Origin: a virus
Taxonomy: Duplodnaviria; Caudoviricetes
IMG/VR virus record: IMGVR_UViG_3300037781_000129
Span: 1-40,688 of that record
Reading direction: 5' to 3' (one strand)
DNA length: 40,688 nucleotides
Shown here: piece after piece, positions 24,402-32,900 of the stretch
Layout of the letters: each line of letters starts with the position of its first letter
How positions within the stretch are numbered: the stretch's first letter is position 1
Notes under the pieces: generated by a model
Database searches by the model: none
Seen by the model: only the letters and a program-made list of their open reading frames with translations
Told to the model about the DNA's origin: nothing
Made by a program: the position numbers and the translations under genes

Positions 24402-24495
24402 AAAAGGATTATCTCATTTGCATGATCACAATTGTTTTCCCTTAGCGGTAAAATAATTTTTTGACAAATAAACCTTTGCGGTAAATAATTGAATC
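24402..24495. promoter_or_regulatory. OR region: pR, pRM-like promoter and two operators
   Basis: Operators at 24436-24452 and 24469-24485 match the OL motif in reverse orientation. Plus strand: TTGACA 24461-24466, 17 bp, AATAAT 24484-24489. Minus strand: TGA-GATAAT at 24416-24408. Confidence 0.8.
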
Positions 24496-24726
24496 ATGAA
24501 ACTACATGAATATTTTTACTCAAAAAGTGTAGCTGAGAGAAACCAGTTTGCTGATGCAATTGATTACTCTCATTCCTACGTGCAAATACATTTGATACCC
24601 AAAAACTCGCCTCCCGACAGGCTCCCCCCGCTCCCAAAACTCAGATTAATCTCAAAGGCCACTTCAGGTGTTGTTTCATTTGAAGAAGTCCTTGAACACT
24701 TTGAACAAATTGAGTCAGCGGCATGA
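24496..24726 (+). CDS. Cro-like repressor
   Basis: MKL.EY...ER.QFA...S.SYV...P......I..AT.G.VS..E; divergent from cI. Confidence 0.8.
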   Translation: MKLHEYFYSKSVAERNQFADAIDYSHSYVQIHLIPKNSPPDRLPPLPKLRLISKATSGVVSFEEVLEHFEQIESAA

Positions 24727-24770
24727 TTCTCTCTCGTGGTGTTTGTTTCAGCTTCATCACGGTCCTCGTT

Positions 24771-24796
24771 CCGGGGCGGTTTAGCCCCGGTTTTTT
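24771..24796 (+). terminator. tR1-like terminator
   Basis: CCGGGGC-GGTTTA-GCCCCGG followed by T6. Confidence 0.75.
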
Positions 24797-24863
24797 CAGT
24801 TTCGATTATGCCCCGTTTGCGCCTGGTTTGAATCAGGCCTTTGTATGAATTGTGAGGTCGGTC

Positions 24864-25361
24864 ATGGAATTAGATATTCAGGTGAGTGAGTCGCACCCAC
24901 TTTTGACGAAGAAAGAGAAGGTGATTTTGCAGCTGCGGGCGATGGGGCTGACGAAGAGGGAGATGGCTGAGCGTTTGCACCGGAGTGTGGCGACGATTGT
25001 GACACACGATATGCATATGCGGGAGAAGCTGGGGGCGACGAACGCGGCTCAGGCGGTTTCTTTTTCTATCGCAATGGGGATTCTGACGATTGCGGCGAGT
25101 CAGCCTGACGGGGTGCCGGCATCAAAATCGGAAAAGCGGGTTATTGGCCGCGCGACTTCGGTGCTGATGTTGTTGTTGTCGCTGGTTGGTTTGGCGCCAT
25201 CGCCTGATGTGATGGCGAGTGATTGGTTAAGTAAGGGGCATGAGCAGCCGTTCCAGCGTGTTCGCGGGGGTGTTCGTGGCCGGGTTCGTACTGGGGCGAG
25301 TGGTCGTAGTGCGAGCCGTAAGCGGGATGAGTTTGAGCCGGGGGTTTTTGATGTTCGATAA
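24864..25361 (+). CDS. LuxR/GerE-type HTH regulator in the cII position
   Basis: LTKKEKVILQL.AMGLTKREMAERLHRSVATIVTH...MREKLGATNAAQAV, then a hydrophobic segment and an RG-rich tail. Confidence 0.8.
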   Translation: MELDIQVSESHPLLTKKEKVILQLRAMGLTKREMAERLHRSVATIVTHDMHMREKLGATNAAQAVSFSIAMGILTIAASQPDGVPASKSEKRVIGRATSVLMLLLSLVGLAPSPDVMASDWLSKGHEQPFQRVRGGVRGRVRTGASGRSASRKRDEFEPGVFDVR

Positions 25362-25500
25362 GGACCCCGCATGGTGGCAGCTTGCGATCGGTTATGTGGT
25401 GCTCGGCGTTTACTGCGGATTTATGGCGTGTGTGTGGCTTTTGGGGTGGTGCTTTAGTTTGCCTGCCCGGGGGCTGCGTTGGCTGGGGGGTATGCGCTAA
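25351..25500 (+). CDS. 49-aa membrane peptide
   Basis: MFDKDPAWWQLAIGYVVLGVYCGFMACVWLLGW...; TAATG coupling to the primase. Confidence 0.5.
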   Translation: MFDKDPAWWQLAIGYVVLGVYCGFMACVWLLGWCFSLPARGLRWLGGMR

Positions 25501-26525
25501 TGGCCCAGCAGCCTGATTTCACTTTGGATGATGTGGCGGATGCCTTGGCGTATCTGGATGCGAATGTGCGGGATACGTGGATCCAGATGGGTATGGCGGT
25601 TCGCAGTGAGTTCGGTGATGAGGGTTTTGCTGTTTGGGATGAGTGGAGCCAGTCGGGCCATAGCTATAAGGCAGGGGATGCACGGTCGGTATGGCGCTCG
25701 TTTCGACGGGCCGGGATTGGTCTGGGGACGTTAATCCAGCAGGCGAAGTTGGCTGGGTATGTGCCTAAACAACGTGATGCTGATGAGCAGAAAAGGTTGA
25801 AAAAGGTGGCTGCAGCCCGGCGAAAAGCAGTGGCTAAGCAGCTGGAGCAGGAGCAGCGTGATGCTGAGGCGTTGATGTTGAACACGGCGCAGTTGGCGGA
25901 GCAGTTGTGGCCTTGTTTTAAGGAGGCTGAGTCTTCGCCTTATTTGAAGGCTAAGCAGGTGCAGGCCTTTGGCGTGCGGGTGGCTGATTACGGGATTGTG
26001 GTGGTTTACAGCGATAACCCGGATAAGCCTCACGAGGTGATTTGGGGGCCGGATGAGATCAGTGCCTTTTTCAAAGCGCCGCGCGATGAGTCGGTGAAGT
26101 TTTTGTATATCAAGCGCGGGACACTGGTTGTGCCTATGCATGATATCGGGGGGCAGTTGTGGAGCCTACAGCTGATTTTTGAGGGCGGGGGTAAGAAGTT
26201 TTTGAAGTATGGCCGCAAGAGTGGCTGTTTTCATTTTATCGGTGAATCTGTGAAAGCGGGTGAGCGCTTGGGCATTGCTGAAGGTTATGCAACTGCGGCA
26301 ACGGTTCACCAGGTGACGGGGATGCCGATTGCAGTGGCCTTCGATGCTGGCAATTTGATGCCGGTGGCGCAGGCGTTTTATGAGTATTTTACAAAAATAA
26401 AGATCGTCATTTTTGGTGACGATGATCGAGAGACCGAGGGAAACCCTGGCCGAGAGAAAGCATTGGCGGCTGCTGAGGCAGTGGGCGGTGTGGCGGTGTT
26501 TCCGGATTTGATGGAGGCGAGTTGA
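25500..26525 (+). CDS. Primase: PriCT-2 plus TOPRIM domain
   Basis: RDTWIQMGMA...WDEWS...W.SF (PriCT-2). SLQLI...K.FL, IAEGYATAA, VAFDAGNL and GDDD (TOPRIM). Confidence 0.88.
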   Translation: MAQQPDFTLDDVADALAYLDANVRDTWIQMGMAVRSEFGDEGFAVWDEWSQSGHSYKAGDARSVWRSFRRAGIGLGTLIQQAKLAGYVPKQRDADEQKRLKKVAAARRKAVAKQLEQEQRDAEALMLNTAQLAEQLWPCFKEAESSPYLKAKQVQAFGVRVADYGIVVVYSDNPDKPHEVIWGPDEISAFFKAPRDESVKFLYIKRGTLVVPMHDIGGQLWSLQLIFEGGGKKFLKYGRKSGCFHFIGESVKAGERLGIAEGYATAATVHQVTGMPIAVAFDAGNLMPVAQAFYEYFTKIKIVIFGDDDRETEGNPGREKALAAAEAVGGVAVFPDLMEAS

Positions 26526-26770
26526 TGGATAAGAACAAGCATCACCAGATAGCTGAGTTGCGGTGTTTGATTGATGAAATCGTTAAGGGCTCTGATGTCA
26601 GTGCGGTTGGTATTTATAACGACGGTGTTCGCGTTTTATCTGCTGGTGAGTGCGTTGCCATGAAGCTGACTGAGGATGATATTTCTTCTCTGATTGTTTC
26701 TTGGGACGGTGTTGATATAACCGATCTCATCGTGGCTACTCAGAACAAGATTTTGGGTTTGATGCCATGA
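26525..26770 (+). CDS. Hypothetical protein between primase and helicase
   Basis: Coupled at both ends (TGATG and ATGA). Confidence 0.55.
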   Translation: MDKNKHHQIAELRCLIDEIVKGSDVSAVGIYNDGVRVLSAGECVAMKLTEDDISSLIVSWDGVDITDLIVATQNKILGLMP

Positions 26771-28158
26771 GTGAGCAGAGAATAACAGACTTTAATGATT
26801 TGGCGGCAGCTCATGGTCATGATGCGGTTAAATCGTCAATTGCAAAGCAACTGGAACAACCTGACGCACAGCGCCAGCCTTCCCAGGGGGATAAGCCGCG
26901 CGAAAAGCCTGCGGCAAGCATCTGGAAGAAGCAGCTGCGGCGGAATGATAAAGGCGGGCTGATTCCCTGCGCTTATAACGTGCGGTTGATTCTGGATAAC
27001 GACCGTGCCTGGCAGGGTGTGCTGGCTTATTGTGATTTTTCTTATCGAATCCTGAAGCGGCAGTTGCCCAAAATCCCTGAGTTTGAGCTAGGCGAGTGGG
27101 ATGATGCTGATACTGCAAGAACGAAGATTTGGCTGACAAAATGTTATGGGTTTAACCCCTCCAAGTCAGATGTTTTGGATGCTTTGCTGGCTGTTAGCCA
27201 GTCTAACCGCTTTCACCCTGTTCGTGAGTATCTTGAGTCTATTCGGTGGGATGGTCAGCCAAGGATTGATCGATGGCTGACTCAGTGTCTGGGTGCCAAG
27301 GCGCAGGCGGGGGCGGATTATCTGCAGAAGGTGAGTCGCTTCTTTTTGATTTCCGCTGTTGCGAGGGTTATGCCGCCACTGGTGCCTGGCCGTGACAATA
27401 AAGTCGATACTGTGCTGATTCTTGAGGGTCAGCAGGGTATCAAAAAGTCGACTGCGGTAAAGACTTTATTTGGTGAGTGGTTTTCTGATGCACCGATCCC
27501 GATAGGGGATAAGGATGCTTATCAAAATATCACGGGGGTGTGGGGCGTTGAAATGGCTGAGCTGGATGCCTTTAATAAGGCAGAGAATACGGCGGCGAAG
27601 CTGTTTTTCTCGCAGCAGCGGGACAGGTACAGGCCCAGTTACGGGACGTTTGCCCGCGATTTTCCCCGTCAGTGCGTGTTTGTCGGCACAACCAACCAGG
27701 ATGAGTATTTGAAAGATTACACGGGTAACCGGCGCTACTGGCCGGTGATGGTGACTCGTGTTGATATAGAGGGTTTGTCTGTATTTCGCGATCAGTTGTG
27801 GGCTGAGGCGATGCATGCTTACAAAAACGGTGAGCGATGGTGGGCTGATGGGCCTGAAGAGTTGGCTATGTTCGAGAATGAACAGAGCAGCCGGATGCAG
27901 GCAGATCCGTGGGAGTCGATGCTTCAGGATTATCTTGACAGAAGTACCGAGGAATATTTCTCTGCTGCCCATTTGCTGATTGATTGTATTGGCCTGGATG
28001 GCGGGCATATGACTCGCGCTCATCAGAATCGATTGTCGCCAATCATGAAGTCGCTGGGTTGGAAGTCTCAGGTGAAATGGGTTCCCGACCCAGTGAGTGC
28101 AGTCAAAAAGCAGCGGCGGGTTTATGTGCGTCCAGAGTCAGATGAGGCGCCTTTCTGA
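26767..28158 (+). CDS. VirE/VapE-family replicative helicase
   Basis: FHPVREYL, Walker A LEGQQGIKKST, Walker B VEMAEL, FVGTTN...YLKDYTGNRRYW. Confidence 0.92.
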   Translation: MSEQRITDFNDLAAAHGHDAVKSSIAKQLEQPDAQRQPSQGDKPREKPAASIWKKQLRRNDKGGLIPCAYNVRLILDNDRAWQGVLAYCDFSYRILKRQLPKIPEFELGEWDDADTARTKIWLTKCYGFNPSKSDVLDALLAVSQSNRFHPVREYLESIRWDGQPRIDRWLTQCLGAKAQAGADYLQKVSRFFLISAVARVMPPLVPGRDNKVDTVLILEGQQGIKKSTAVKTLFGEWFSDAPIPIGDKDAYQNITGVWGVEMAELDAFNKAENTAAKLFFSQQRDRYRPSYGTFARDFPRQCVFVGTTNQDEYLKDYTGNRRYWPVMVTRVDIEGLSVFRDQLWAEAMHAYKNGERWWADGPEELAMFENEQSSRMQADPWESMLQDYLDRSTEEYFSAAHLLIDCIGLDGGHMTRAHQNRLSPIMKSLGWKSQVKWVPDPVSAVKKQRRVYVRPESDEAPF

Positions 28159-28183
28159 TGCTTTTGGCTGTAAACAACCAGTT

Positions 28184-28450
28184 TTGTGACAACCGTGACA
28201 ACCTTGTGACATCCGTTTTTTTTGAGGTTGTCACGCTCCTAGACCCTTATATTCCTGCGTTTACATCATTTGTGACAACCGTGACAACCTCTACACGTGA
28301 CATGCGTGCAGGCGCAGGCACACACGCGCGCACGCACATGGATGTGGATGTAACAACGTCACATAAGGTTATTTATAACCATAAAACAGAGACTTACCAC
28401 CGTGACAACCTCTACTTTGTGGGTTGTCACAGGTTGTCACGGTTGTCACA
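28184..28450. repeat. Iteron array, probable replication origin
   Basis: Nine perfect GTGACAACC copies: forward at 28186, 28195, 28272, 28281, 28402 and inverted at 28226, 28422, 28432, 28441, plus degenerate copies. Directly after the helicase. Confidence 0.8.
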
Positions 28451-28481
28451 TGATTTCTTTTTTCAATTTGGAGGCTTGTTT

Positions 28482-28694
28482 ATGGCTGATGAGGTCGATA
28501 GAGCGAATGATGTGGTTCAACGTCATCTGGATGCAGTGCTGAATGCACACAAAGTGCCTCACGCTATGGCTGATGAATGTGTGGAGTGTGACGCGCCCAT
28601 CAGTTCTGAGCGACAAAAAGCGACCGGGGGGACTGACCTTTGTGTTGATTGCGCTGCTGCCGATGAAAGAAAGCGGAGGCTTTATCGTTCATGA
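28482..28694 (+). CDS. TraR/DksA C4 zinc-finger protein
   Basis: MADEVDRA (DxxDxA tip) with CVEC...R......LCVDC. SD GGAGG precedes ATG 28482. Confidence 0.88.
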   Translation: MADEVDRANDVVQRHLDAVLNAHKVPHAMADECVECDAPISSERQKATGGTDLCVDCAAADERKRRLYRS

Positions 28695-29035
28695 GTGAGT
28701 CAGTTTTAAATCAAGCCGGGAAGAAGTTTGATCAGGACAAACCACGTTATGACTTGATGCCTTTGCTGGCCGAACTGGAAGTGGTCGAGGTGTTGACTTA
28801 TGGCGCGATGAAATATGACGAACATAACTGGCGAAATGTGTCACCGCTGAATCAGCGCTACTACAGTGCAGCACGGCGTCATCTTCAGTCTTTTCTCAGT
28901 GGTGAGAGGCGAGATCCTGAAAGCGGCCTGCATCATTTAGCGCATGCGAGCTGCTGTTTGCTGTTCATGCTGCAGATGGATATTGAATCTGAGCATGCTG
29001 AGTCTTCAAAATCAGAAAACGGGGGGCGGGTTTGA
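28691..29035 (+). CDS. dATP/dGTP diphosphohydrolase domain protein (DUF5664-like)
   Basis: GKKFDQDKPRYDL.P, YGAMKY..HNW, AARRH, DPESGLHHLAHA. Confidence 0.85.
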   Translation: MSESVLNQAGKKFDQDKPRYDLMPLLAELEVVEVLTYGAMKYDEHNWRNVSPLNQRYYSAARRHLQSFLSGERRDPESGLHHLAHASCCLLFMLQMDIESEHAESSKSENGGRV

Positions 29036-29418
29036 TGATTGATGAGTTTCCTAAAGAGCAGACCAAAGCGTATCTGTATCGTTGGGGCAAATGGGCATCA
29101 AGAGATAAAACACGAGCACTGGGTTTGCCGGCGGTGTCGTCTCACTTGATGGATCACACCCAATATCACGAGGGTGATTTTCCAACAGAGGAACAGGTTG
29201 AGCAGGCATTGGTTGAGCTCGGCCAGTTCGATCCTTTGGCCATGGAAGTCACAAAACTGTATTACACCGGCCTGGATGATGATGGCAATAAACTGAGTTG
29301 GGACCAGGTTGCTGAACGTGCCGGTTGTGGGCTGAAAAAAGTCCGGGCGGCCCATAACCTGGCCATTGGTTACGTTGCTGCCTGCCTCGGGAGAGTTCAG
29401 TGTCGACAGTCCGCCTGA
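29035..29418 (+). CDS. Antiterminator Q-like late regulator
   Basis: L.RWG.W N-terminus and C-terminal HTH (KLYY...SWDQVAERAGC); position before the late operon. Confidence 0.7.
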   Translation: MIDEFPKEQTKAYLYRWGKWASRDKTRALGLPAVSSHLMDHTQYHEGDFPTEEQVEQALVELGQFDPLAMEVTKLYYTGLDDDGNKLSWDQVAERAGCGLKKVRAAHNLAIGYVAACLGRVQCRQSA

Positions 29419-29624
29419 ACCTTTCTCGCTTACCACCTGATAAGAAACAGTTCGCATGGAATTGGATAAAGCAAAACAAACCTGCATTGGCAGATTTGCT
29501 GCAGGAAAGCTTCTTTAAATCTGCGCAGGAGGTTTTCGGTGGTGAGATTGAGGTTGAATTAGAAGCTAGTGAAATCAACGATTTAAAAGAAAAGTTTGCA
29601 AAGGGACCCCAAGCAGGTGTATAA
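29400..29624 (+). CDS. Hypothetical protein
   Basis: GTG start with purine-rich upstream sequence; coherent 74-aa ORF. Confidence 0.55.
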   Translation: MSTVRLNLSRLPPDKKQFAWNWIKQNKPALADLLQESFFKSAQEVFGGEIEVELEASEINDLKEKFAKGPQAGV

Positions 29625-29677
29625 AGTCTCTCAAGATTCCATAACTGCCTCTGAAGCTTGCTTCCGGGGCTTTTTTT
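29596..29677 (+). promoter_or_regulatory. Putative late promoter and tR'-like terminator
   Basis: TTGCAA, 18 bp, TATAAA (29596-29625), then hairpin GCCTCTGAAG-CTTG-CTTCCGGGGC and T7. Confidence 0.5.
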
Positions 29678-29968
29678 ATGCCTAAAAATCGAGACTATCC
29701 TTTGTTTAATTCTGAATTGACTCAGCAGATAGCCGACGGTTACCAGGCTGTTTTGACAAAGACCGCATATGGATTCAGCGCTTTGGGGCTTTTTGTGTCT
29801 GGACTGACAATTGAACAAATCACCGGGGTAGCGGTCGGGGTATGTTCAATCATCACAATGATAGTCACAGCAGCAATCAACTACAGATACAAGAAAAAGC
29901 TGATCGAACAGATTGAGCTAACCAATGCACTGAACGATTCATCGTATGAGGATAACCGTGAAGGCTGA
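29678..29968 (+). CDS. Putative two-TM holin
   Basis: TAYGFSALGLFVSGL and ITGVAVGVCSIITMIVTAAINYRYKKK, reminiscent of phage 21 S / HP1 holins. First late gene. Confidence 0.6.
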   Translation: MPKNRDYPLFNSELTQQIADGYQAVLTKTAYGFSALGLFVSGLTIEQITGVAVGVCSIITMIVTAAINYRYKKKLIEQIELTNALNDSSYEDNREG

Positions 29969-29994
29969 CTGGTACTTCATGCAAGTAAGTTTTT

Positions 29995-30045
29995 GGGTCC
30001 TCCCCGGGGGTGCCAGCGCGCGTCGATTTTCTGCTCGGTGAAAAA
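29995..30045 (+). other. Putative cos region
   Basis: GGGTCCT (the lambda cosQ sequence) at 29995-30001, followed by a GC-rich segment, upstream of a lambda-type terminase. Confidence 0.5.
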
Positions 30046-30191
30046 AGTGGTGTGGCGGTCTATGGGGGGTTGTATCCCGGGTCGCCATGGTGGTCAGGTT
30101 CTCTTATCGGTCTAACTGACATTGCCCTGGACCAGTGGCAGGCATTTCGCGGCAGTAGCGCCGCTGAGACAGTTTTCTTTGAGTGACAATC

Positions 30192-30725
30192 ATGATTATT
30201 GACCTGGATGCGCCTGCGAACAAAAGCCATATCGCGATGGCGATTGGCAAAAGCCAGCAGGCAGTGTCGAAGCTGGCCAAGAAGATCGGGTTGTCACGTA
30301 ACGCCACCAACGGTGAATTGCTGGAAGCGATATTCTCGCGACTGAGTGATGAAGCCGCTGGCCGCGGCGGTGAAGCACAGCAGGAACTGACGCAAGCGCG
30401 GATCCGCGAGTCACTGGCCAAGGCGCAATCATCAGAGATTTCAAACCTGCAGTCATTGGGTGCCCTGGTGGCTGTGGAAGATATTGAACCGCTGCTGGAA
30501 CAGTGGGCCACGGTTTCGCGTGCGGAAGTGGCAAACGCATTGAACAAGATCGTCGCTGATATTGAGGGTGCTCATGATATTGCTGTCGATCAGGACATGG
30601 TAAATGGTCACATTAACTCAGCCTATCGCATCATCGGTGACTATCCCGGACGAGATCCGGCAGGCGACCAGAGCGACGCTGCAGGCGATGCTGAACCGGG
30701 TGGCGCGGAAATGGATACCGCCTGA
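30192..30725 (+). CDS. terS: Terminase small subunit
   Basis: N-terminal HTH (IAMAIGKSQQAVSKL), EAAGRGG...LTQAR and G.LV; upstream of terL. Confidence 0.8.
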   Translation: MIIDLDAPANKSHIAMAIGKSQQAVSKLAKKIGLSRNATNGELLEAIFSRLSDEAAGRGGEAQQELTQARIRESLAKAQSSEISNLQSLGALVAVEDIEPLLEQWATVSRAEVANALNKIVADIEGAHDIAVDQDMVNGHINSAYRIIGDYPGRDPAGDQSDAAGDAEPGGAEMDTA

Positions 30726-32679
30726 AAACCGAGCAACGCTTGAATGGCTACGCGATGAGTTCGTGTTGCCGCCTGAGTCTGGTGACCTGGCTGGTAAATA
30801 CAATGTCGACTATGTCCCTTATTTCTGGGGCGTCAGTTACATGATGGATTCGCCGACCTGCCGTGTGCTTTCACTGATGAAAGCCGCACAGATCGGCTGG
30901 ACCTTTTACCTGGTTGGCTTTCTCGGCAAACGAATCGAGTGCATGCCGGGCAACATCATGGTGCTGTTCCCTAAAGAGGGTGCGGCCCAGTCGTTCGGTG
31001 AAGAAAAGCTGGTGCCGTCGATACGGTCTACCGCGGCGATGAGTCGCCTGGTTGATGTCAGCAAAGCACGGAAAGACGGACAGCGGTCACTGTTTAAGAA
31101 GTTTCCCGGCGGATTCTTGAAGATGGTCGGGTCAAACTCGGCCAGTAACGTGAAGTCGACACCGGCGCAGCTGGTCATTGCTGAAGAGCCGGACGACACC
31201 AGTGAGAACGTCAAAGACCAGGGCGATGCCCTGCGTCTGGTTCGGGAGCGTCTGAAACGCCAGCGCAGCGGCAAGCTGATACTTGGCGGCACACCTTCGG
31301 TGAAGGGCGTGTCCCGGGTGGAAGAGTTCGTGAACATGTCGGACCGGGCCTCGTTGCCTATTCGCTGCCATGACTGCGGTGAAAAGCATGTGCTTGACTG
31401 GGAAAACGTCAGCTGGGGTGAACGCACTGACAACGTGACGCACACAGTTTATGGCAAAGCCGATCCAACATCGGCTGTTTATGCCTGCCCACACTGCGGC
31501 AGTGTCTGGGATGACTGGCAGCGCAAGAAAAACATATATGAGACCGTCAAGACGGCGTTCGATGAAGGTGATCCGTATTGCGGTTGGGAGTTTGAAAGCA
31601 CACCGACCAATGGTGCCTTTATCGGGGTGGAAAACCTCAGCGAACTGTATGTTTGCATACCCGGTACCAGCCTCGCTGACGTGGTCCGTGATTATCTTGA
31701 GGCGGAATACGAAGCCGAGCACGGTGACGAATCGGGCCGGATCGTGTTTACCAACTCGAAACTGGCTCTGCCATACGAGTACAAAAGCAACACGCCAGAA
31801 GCCGACGAGCTATCCGAGCGTGCCGAGGATTACGAAGAGTTTACCGTCCCGCATGGCGGCCTGATCCTGACCGCCGGTGTCGACGTTCAGCATGATCGCC
31901 TTGCCGTTACTATCTGGGCCTGGGGCCGCGGCGAGGAAATGTACCTGGTTTACTGGGGCGAACTCGCAGCCAAAAGCACCACGGTTGATGTGAATGACCC
32001 GGTCTGGGAGGAACTCGACCAGCTGCTGACCAGACCGTACAAACATGCTGCCGGTTGGCAGATGTCGATTGAAGCGGCCTCCGTGGATTCATCGGACGGT
32101 CAGACCAATGACGCGGTCTACAGCTTCGTGCGGAAACGCCAGAAGCGTGGCGTGTTAGCAGTTAAGGGGTCATCAGACGACTACGGTTCGCGGGAAATAT
32201 TCAGCCTGCCGAAGAAGATCGACCCGAAATCAAAAACCAAGGTCAGCAAGTACGGGCTGCGGACGTTCATCGTCGGCACCTACAAGGCCAAGGAACTGCT
32301 GATCGGCAGCAAGGGCCGCATCACGCTGACCGGCAATGGCCCGGGCCGAATGCATTTTTACAAGGGCGTGCGGGCTGACTTCTATGACCAGTTGGTCTCT
32401 GAGGTACTGGTTCCGCACCGGCTGAACCGCCGCAAGCTGACCTGGCAAGTGAAGTCAGGCGTTCGTAATGAAGGCCTCGACTGTACTGTCATGGCATTGC
32501 ATGCCGCGCGCTCGGTGAAAACTCACAGCATGTCGCCTGCGGCGTGGGATGCACTGGAAGCCAAGCTGCAGCAGGCGGATATGTTTAGTGAGTTGCCTGA
32601 TAACCAGGCAGCCTATGCTGTCATTGATGAACCCAAGCCACGCGGCCGCCGCGTGATCAGTAGTGGAGTGGAATTGTAA
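30604..32679 (+). CDS. terL: Terminase large subunit, lambda gpA family
   Basis: MKAAQIGWT, AEEPD, GGTP, CHDC/CPHC, LTAGVDVQHDR and RNEGLDC. Exact start uncertain. Confidence 0.95.
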   Translation: MVTLTQPIASSVTIPDEIRQATRATLQAMLNRVARKWIPPENRATLEWLRDEFVLPPESGDLAGKYNVDYVPYFWGVSYMMDSPTCRVLSLMKAAQIGWTFYLVGFLGKRIECMPGNIMVLFPKEGAAQSFGEEKLVPSIRSTAAMSRLVDVSKARKDGQRSLFKKFPGGFLKMVGSNSASNVKSTPAQLVIAEEPDDTSENVKDQGDALRLVRERLKRQRSGKLILGGTPSVKGVSRVEEFVNMSDRASLPIRCHDCGEKHVLDWENVSWGERTDNVTHTVYGKADPTSAVYACPHCGSVWDDWQRKKNIYETVKTAFDEGDPYCGWEFESTPTNGAFIGVENLSELYVCIPGTSLADVVRDYLEAEYEAEHGDESGRIVFTNSKLALPYEYKSNTPEADELSERAEDYEEFTVPHGGLILTAGVDVQHDRLAVTIWAWGRGEEMYLVYWGELAAKSTTVDVNDPVWEELDQLLTRPYKHAAGWQMSIEAASVDSSDGQTNDAVYSFVRKRQKRGVLAVKGSSDDYGSREIFSLPKKIDPKSKTKVSKYGLRTFIVGTYKAKELLIGSKGRITLTGNGPGRMHFYKGVRADFYDQLVSEVLVPHRLNRRKLTWQVKSGVRNEGLDCTVMALHAARSVKTHSMSPAAWDALEAKLQQADMFSELPDNQAAYAVIDEPKPRGRRVISSGVEL

Positions 32680-32900
32680 TGGCTGGAATCACGCTGGAAC
32701 AAGCTGAAACCAAGCTGCAGTTGTGGCTTGATGCTGATGATAAGGTCGCCCGCTCACAGTACTACATGATGGGTGATCGCCAACTGACGCGAGCCAATGC
32801 GGCAGAAATCCGTCAGAACATCGATTATTGGCAGCGTAAAGTTGATCGCTTGTCTCGCGGTGGTGGTTTACCAATGATGCGGGGTCTACCTTGTGATTAA
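32679..32900 (+). CDS. Head completion protein (gpW-like, DUF6148-like)
   Basis: MAGITLEQA...W..A...V...Q.Y....R.LTRAN..EI...I.YW; between terL and portal. Confidence 0.8.
   Translation: MAGITLEQAETKLQLWLDADDKVARSQYYMMGDRQLTRANAAEIRQNIDYWQRKVDRLSRGGGLPMMRGLPCD

Noticed and set aside
28184-28450. CRISPR array
   Set aside because: Repeats are 9 bp, in both orientations and irregularly spaced, with no unique spacers or cas genes.
28158-28481. N-terminal 108 aa of the 178-aa ORF
   Set aside because: It translates the iteron array. The TraR-like protein starts at ATG 28482 with its own SD.
28691-29035. 2-aminoadenine (Z-base) genome pathway
   Set aside because: No purZ or phage DNA polymerase is present in the window.
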